Source: Salmo salar
Lineage: Eukaryota
Reading direction: 5' to 3'
Assembly: GCF_905237065.1 (NCBI RefSeq)
Contig: NC_059455.1
Coordinates: 34,096,034-34,160,033 of the forward strand
Length of the DNA: 64,000 nt
Shown: positions 61,241 through 64,000 of the stretch, in pieces
How the letters are laid out: every line of letters starts with the position of its first letter
Position numbering within the stretch: the first letter of the stretch is position 1
Program-made: the position numbers and the translations under genes
The notes under the pieces: generated by a model
What the model saw: only the letters and a program-made list of their open reading frames with translations
Told to the model about the DNA's origin: nothing
Databases searched by the model: none

Positions 61241-63242
61241 CAACGGTAGCAATCCCTGTAAATCCACCATGGCTACTCCCACCTCCAGCAGTAGATCTAG
61301 AAGTATTGGAGAGACTAAGGAAAGATAGGGAGGGTGTTGATCCATCTGATTTGTTTAAGAGACGTCTGGATACTGTGTATCAGAATTGTGTGGCCATTTA
61401 CACTGATGGTTCAAAAGATCCAAGGACAGGACGTACTGGGTCAGCATTTGTAGTGCAGGAATGTGGGGTGAGAGTCAGGAAACGTATTACAGATCATCTG
61501 ACTGTATGGCAGAGATGATGGCCATACTGTTGGCCTTGCAGTGGGTGGAGGAAGTTAAGCCAGAAAGAGTAGTTATTTGCTCTGATTCATGTGCAGTGCT
61601 AAGGAGTCGCCAGTCCTTTATATCACGTAGCAGACAATACCTGCTTTATGAGGTGCTACAAACTCATGGCAGGAGTAAACAAATGTGTATACAGATAATA
61701 TGTACATGGGTCCCAGCTCATGTGGGAGTGGAGGGGAACAAGGCAGTTGATGTACTGGCTAAACAAGCACTAAGTAGTGGGGATGTTGTGGTAGTTTCAA
61801 TGAGCAAGGCAGAGGCAAAAAGCATGATATGGACAGTGATGGTGGAGAAATGGCAGGAGCAGTGGAAGAGATAATAAGGGCAGGCATTTATTTCTAGTAC
61901 AGAGGAAAGTTGGGGAGGGGAGAATGGCAGGAAGGGACAGAAGAGAGGAGGCTATATTTACAAGATTAAGGGTGGGACACAGCCTGTTGAATAAAACCTT
62001 ACATGTGATAGGAAAGCATCCAACAGGAAAATGTGAGCATTGCCAAGAAACAGAGACCGTGGAGCATGTATTGATACAGTGTGGACATTATTGGAGGGAA
62101 AGAGAGAGGATGAGATCTAGTATGAGGGAGAAGGGGATACAGGAAATTAGTCTAAAGAGTATATTGAGTATAACGTCATTAGATATAGTCTCAAATATTT
62201 TATATTTTTTAAGAGCAACGAGGCTGGCAGGTAGGATTTAGTTTCTCCCTGTCTCTGGACCACACTCCAGTACAGTAGGTGGCGGTAATGCACCATAACG
62301 TTGGATGCCAACCGCCGATAAACCCCACCGAATAAGAAAATAATAATGTTGGTAAATATTTAGCCGAACTACAACGAGAGCGGATACAAATTCATTGCTT
62401 TAACTAATTATAACAAATGTTAAGAAAATGTTGAGCAATGTAATAAAGTAATGACTTTTCAAATAAGTTACCTTACACGTTATGTTGGCTGACAATTTGT
62501 TAGCTACGCTGTCCTTACGAACCACATAGCATATCATTACAGCAGTATGTACTGGTATATTAGCTAGCTACCTAACGTTAGTAGTTATACCTCAAACTTG
62601 CCAGTATGTTAACTATAGGCTATCTAACGACCCAACGTTTATTGACTTGACTATTCTCGTCATTCTTAGCTTAGCTAAATGGTATAGTCGTGCGTTCTCA
62701 ATGGACATTCGGGTGCTTTCATAAATTAGCTCTGGCTATCTACTCCGATTTCAGGGCACTCTAGTCTGAGTGTACCAGAGCACAGAATAATGAATTTACG
62801 AGCACTCAACACCCGTTGAATATGGTCAGTGTCAGTAAACATCGGCAAAAAAAGCATAATTAAACTGTTGCCAGCAGGACAATTACAGTCACCAACGCTG
62901 TGGATAACATGAAAACAGCCTAACCAGCTCTGCTAGGGCTAGTAAAATGGTCAGAGTGGTCTCAGTTGTGAATGGAAGTAGCTAGCAAGCTAACCAACGT
63001 TAGCTTGGGTGCTTGACTGCCGTTGTAAGGTCAGAACGCTCAAATCAACCCTACTTCTCGGCCTGAGCGTTCAAATCAAATGTTATTGCTCACATACACA
63101 TGGTTAGCAGATGTTAATGCGAGTGTAGCGAAATGCTTGAGCTTATAGTTCGGACAGTGCAGTAATATCAAATAAGTAATCTAAAAATTCCACAACAATT
63201 ACCTAATACAAACATCTAAAAGGGATGGAATAAGAATATGTA

Positions 63243-63450
63243 CAGTTAAAGTCGGAAGTTTACATACACTTAGGTTGGAGTCATTAAAACGTGTTTTTCA
63301 ACCACTCCACAAATTTCTTGTTAACAAACTATAGTTTTGGCATGTCGGTTAGGACATCTACTTTGCATGACACAAGTAATTTTTCCACCAATTGTTTACA
63401 GACAGATTATTTAATTTATATTTCACTGTATCACAATTCTAGTGGGTCAG
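63243..63450 (+). mobile_element. Isolated left IR/DR fragment of an SB-type Tc1.
   Basis: It reads 'cagttaaagtcggaagtttacatacacttaggttggagtcattaaaacgtgtttttcaaccactccacaaatttcttgttaacaaactatagttttggcatgtcggttaggacatctactttgcatgacac...cagtgggtcag'. Confidence 0.7.
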
Positions 63451-63742
63451 TTTAACCATTCATACAAATTCATTGTTTATATATGATCAAATATTGCTAT
63501 CTCCATTCTCATCCACACAACCTAATGAAACCATACTGAAAATGTGTTATGGTATTTATTAAAGGATAGAAAAGGGAAATAACTTGTTTGGCACACAGCT
63601 GGGGAACAAAAGGACAAACCAGTTTCATGTGAACTTAAAATGAAACTTAATTTATATATTTCAAGTAACTATTGCACACTACATGCATTATAGCTGATTT
63701 ACATTGAGGTCCTTCTCTTAGGTTTTTAAAGGCATGTACATA

Positions 63743-64000
63743 CAGTTGAAGTCGGAAGTTGACATACACTTAGGTTGGAGTCATTAAAACTCGTTTTTCA
63801 ACCACTCCATACATTTCTTGTTAACAAACTATAGTTTTGGCAAGTCGGTTAGGACATCTACTTTGTGCATGACAAGTCATTTTTCCAAAAATTGTTAACA
63901 GACAGATTATTTCACTTATAATTCACTGTTTCACAATTCCAGTGGGTCAGAAGTTTACATACACAAACTTGACTGTGCCTTCAAACAGCTTGGAAAATTC
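63743..64000 (+). mobile_element. SB-type Tc1 left end in plus orientation. The element runs off the window edge.
   Basis: It reads 'cagttgaagtcggaagttgacatacacttaggttggagtcattaaaactcgtttttcaacc...'. The preceding 300 bp (63446-63742) is orthologous to 13435-13739, so this is a duplicate of the 13740 element. Confidence 0.8.

Larger units (their letters stand above)
57700..62250 (+). mobile_element. Fragmented non-LTR retrotransposon holding an ORF1 with CCHC knuckles, an APE endonuclease N-terminus, then an RNase H and a C-terminal Cys/His domain. No RT is recognisable.
   Basis: ORF1 reads '...PKPLRCYKCQRFGHVATACKEKKRCARCGGEHEYGKCGDGVKPKSCSCGGAHNVAYSGCEA'. The EN reads 'LQWNARSLLANGQEFKKFMVDMPAKPDVICVQETWLKPNVEFIIQGYVVVHRDRG...GGG'. 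The RNase H reads 'VAIYTDGSKDPRTGRTGSAFVV...SSDCMAEMMAILLALQWVEE...VVICSDSCAVL...CTWVPAHVGVEGNKAVDVLAKQAL'. The tail reads 'RLRVGHSLLNKTLHVIGKHPTGKCEHCQETETVEHVLIQCGHYWRERERM'. Confidence 0.55.

Overview
This window is vertebrate nuclear DNA that is almost certainly from a salmonid fish. Several repeat families show this. There are several Sleeping-Beauty-type Tc1 elements with the 'cagttgaagtcggaagtttacatacac' inverted repeat (IR/DR) ends. There are HpaI-type tRNA-derived SINEs ('tagtcatttagcagacgctcttatccagag'), an L2-type LINE with the salmonid 'KRYRSAKSRTKRLLNSFYPQAIRLLN' ORF2 tail, and a gypsy-type gag-pol. It is not a prokaryotic locus, and I found no CRISPR array, tRNA/rRNA gene or defence island. 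The host-gene content is a tandem array of four paralogous three-exon C2H2 zinc-finger genes plus a fifth truncated remnant, all on the minus strand. Each copy has exon 1 starting 'MASCNFQAQLVSILEVLAKAAVAEINKRVDD...', exon 2 encoding 'VETEPILIKDEETAEDVWKTDP...CDHKGHCSVCLWKT', and exon 3 with an acidic/Ser-rich linker and three C-terminal C2H2 fingers. The copies lie at about 0.1-5.0 kb, 10.8-12.8 kb, 19.9-27.6 kb and 49.6-52.6 kb. Everything between and inside them is a dense, heavily nested mosaic of decayed transposable elements. These include at least six Tc1/mariner elements from three families, MITE derivatives, two LINE clades, an LTR element with a separate solo LTR, SINEs, minisatellites, and small hAT and Harbinger relics. 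The most interesting signals are the rapidly evolving ZNF array itself, frame-changing indels at the exon-2 donor, a C-terminus rewritten by a TE insertion in copy D, and a shared promoter module. There are also several cleanly resolvable nested-insertion events with target-site duplications. All coordinates come from reading the sequence by eye, so splice sites and TE boundaries are approximate (roughly +/-10 bp unless a TSD is given). Note that the supplied ORF track translates GTG and other alternative starts as 'M'; for example the exon-2 ORFs begin at GTG, not ATG.
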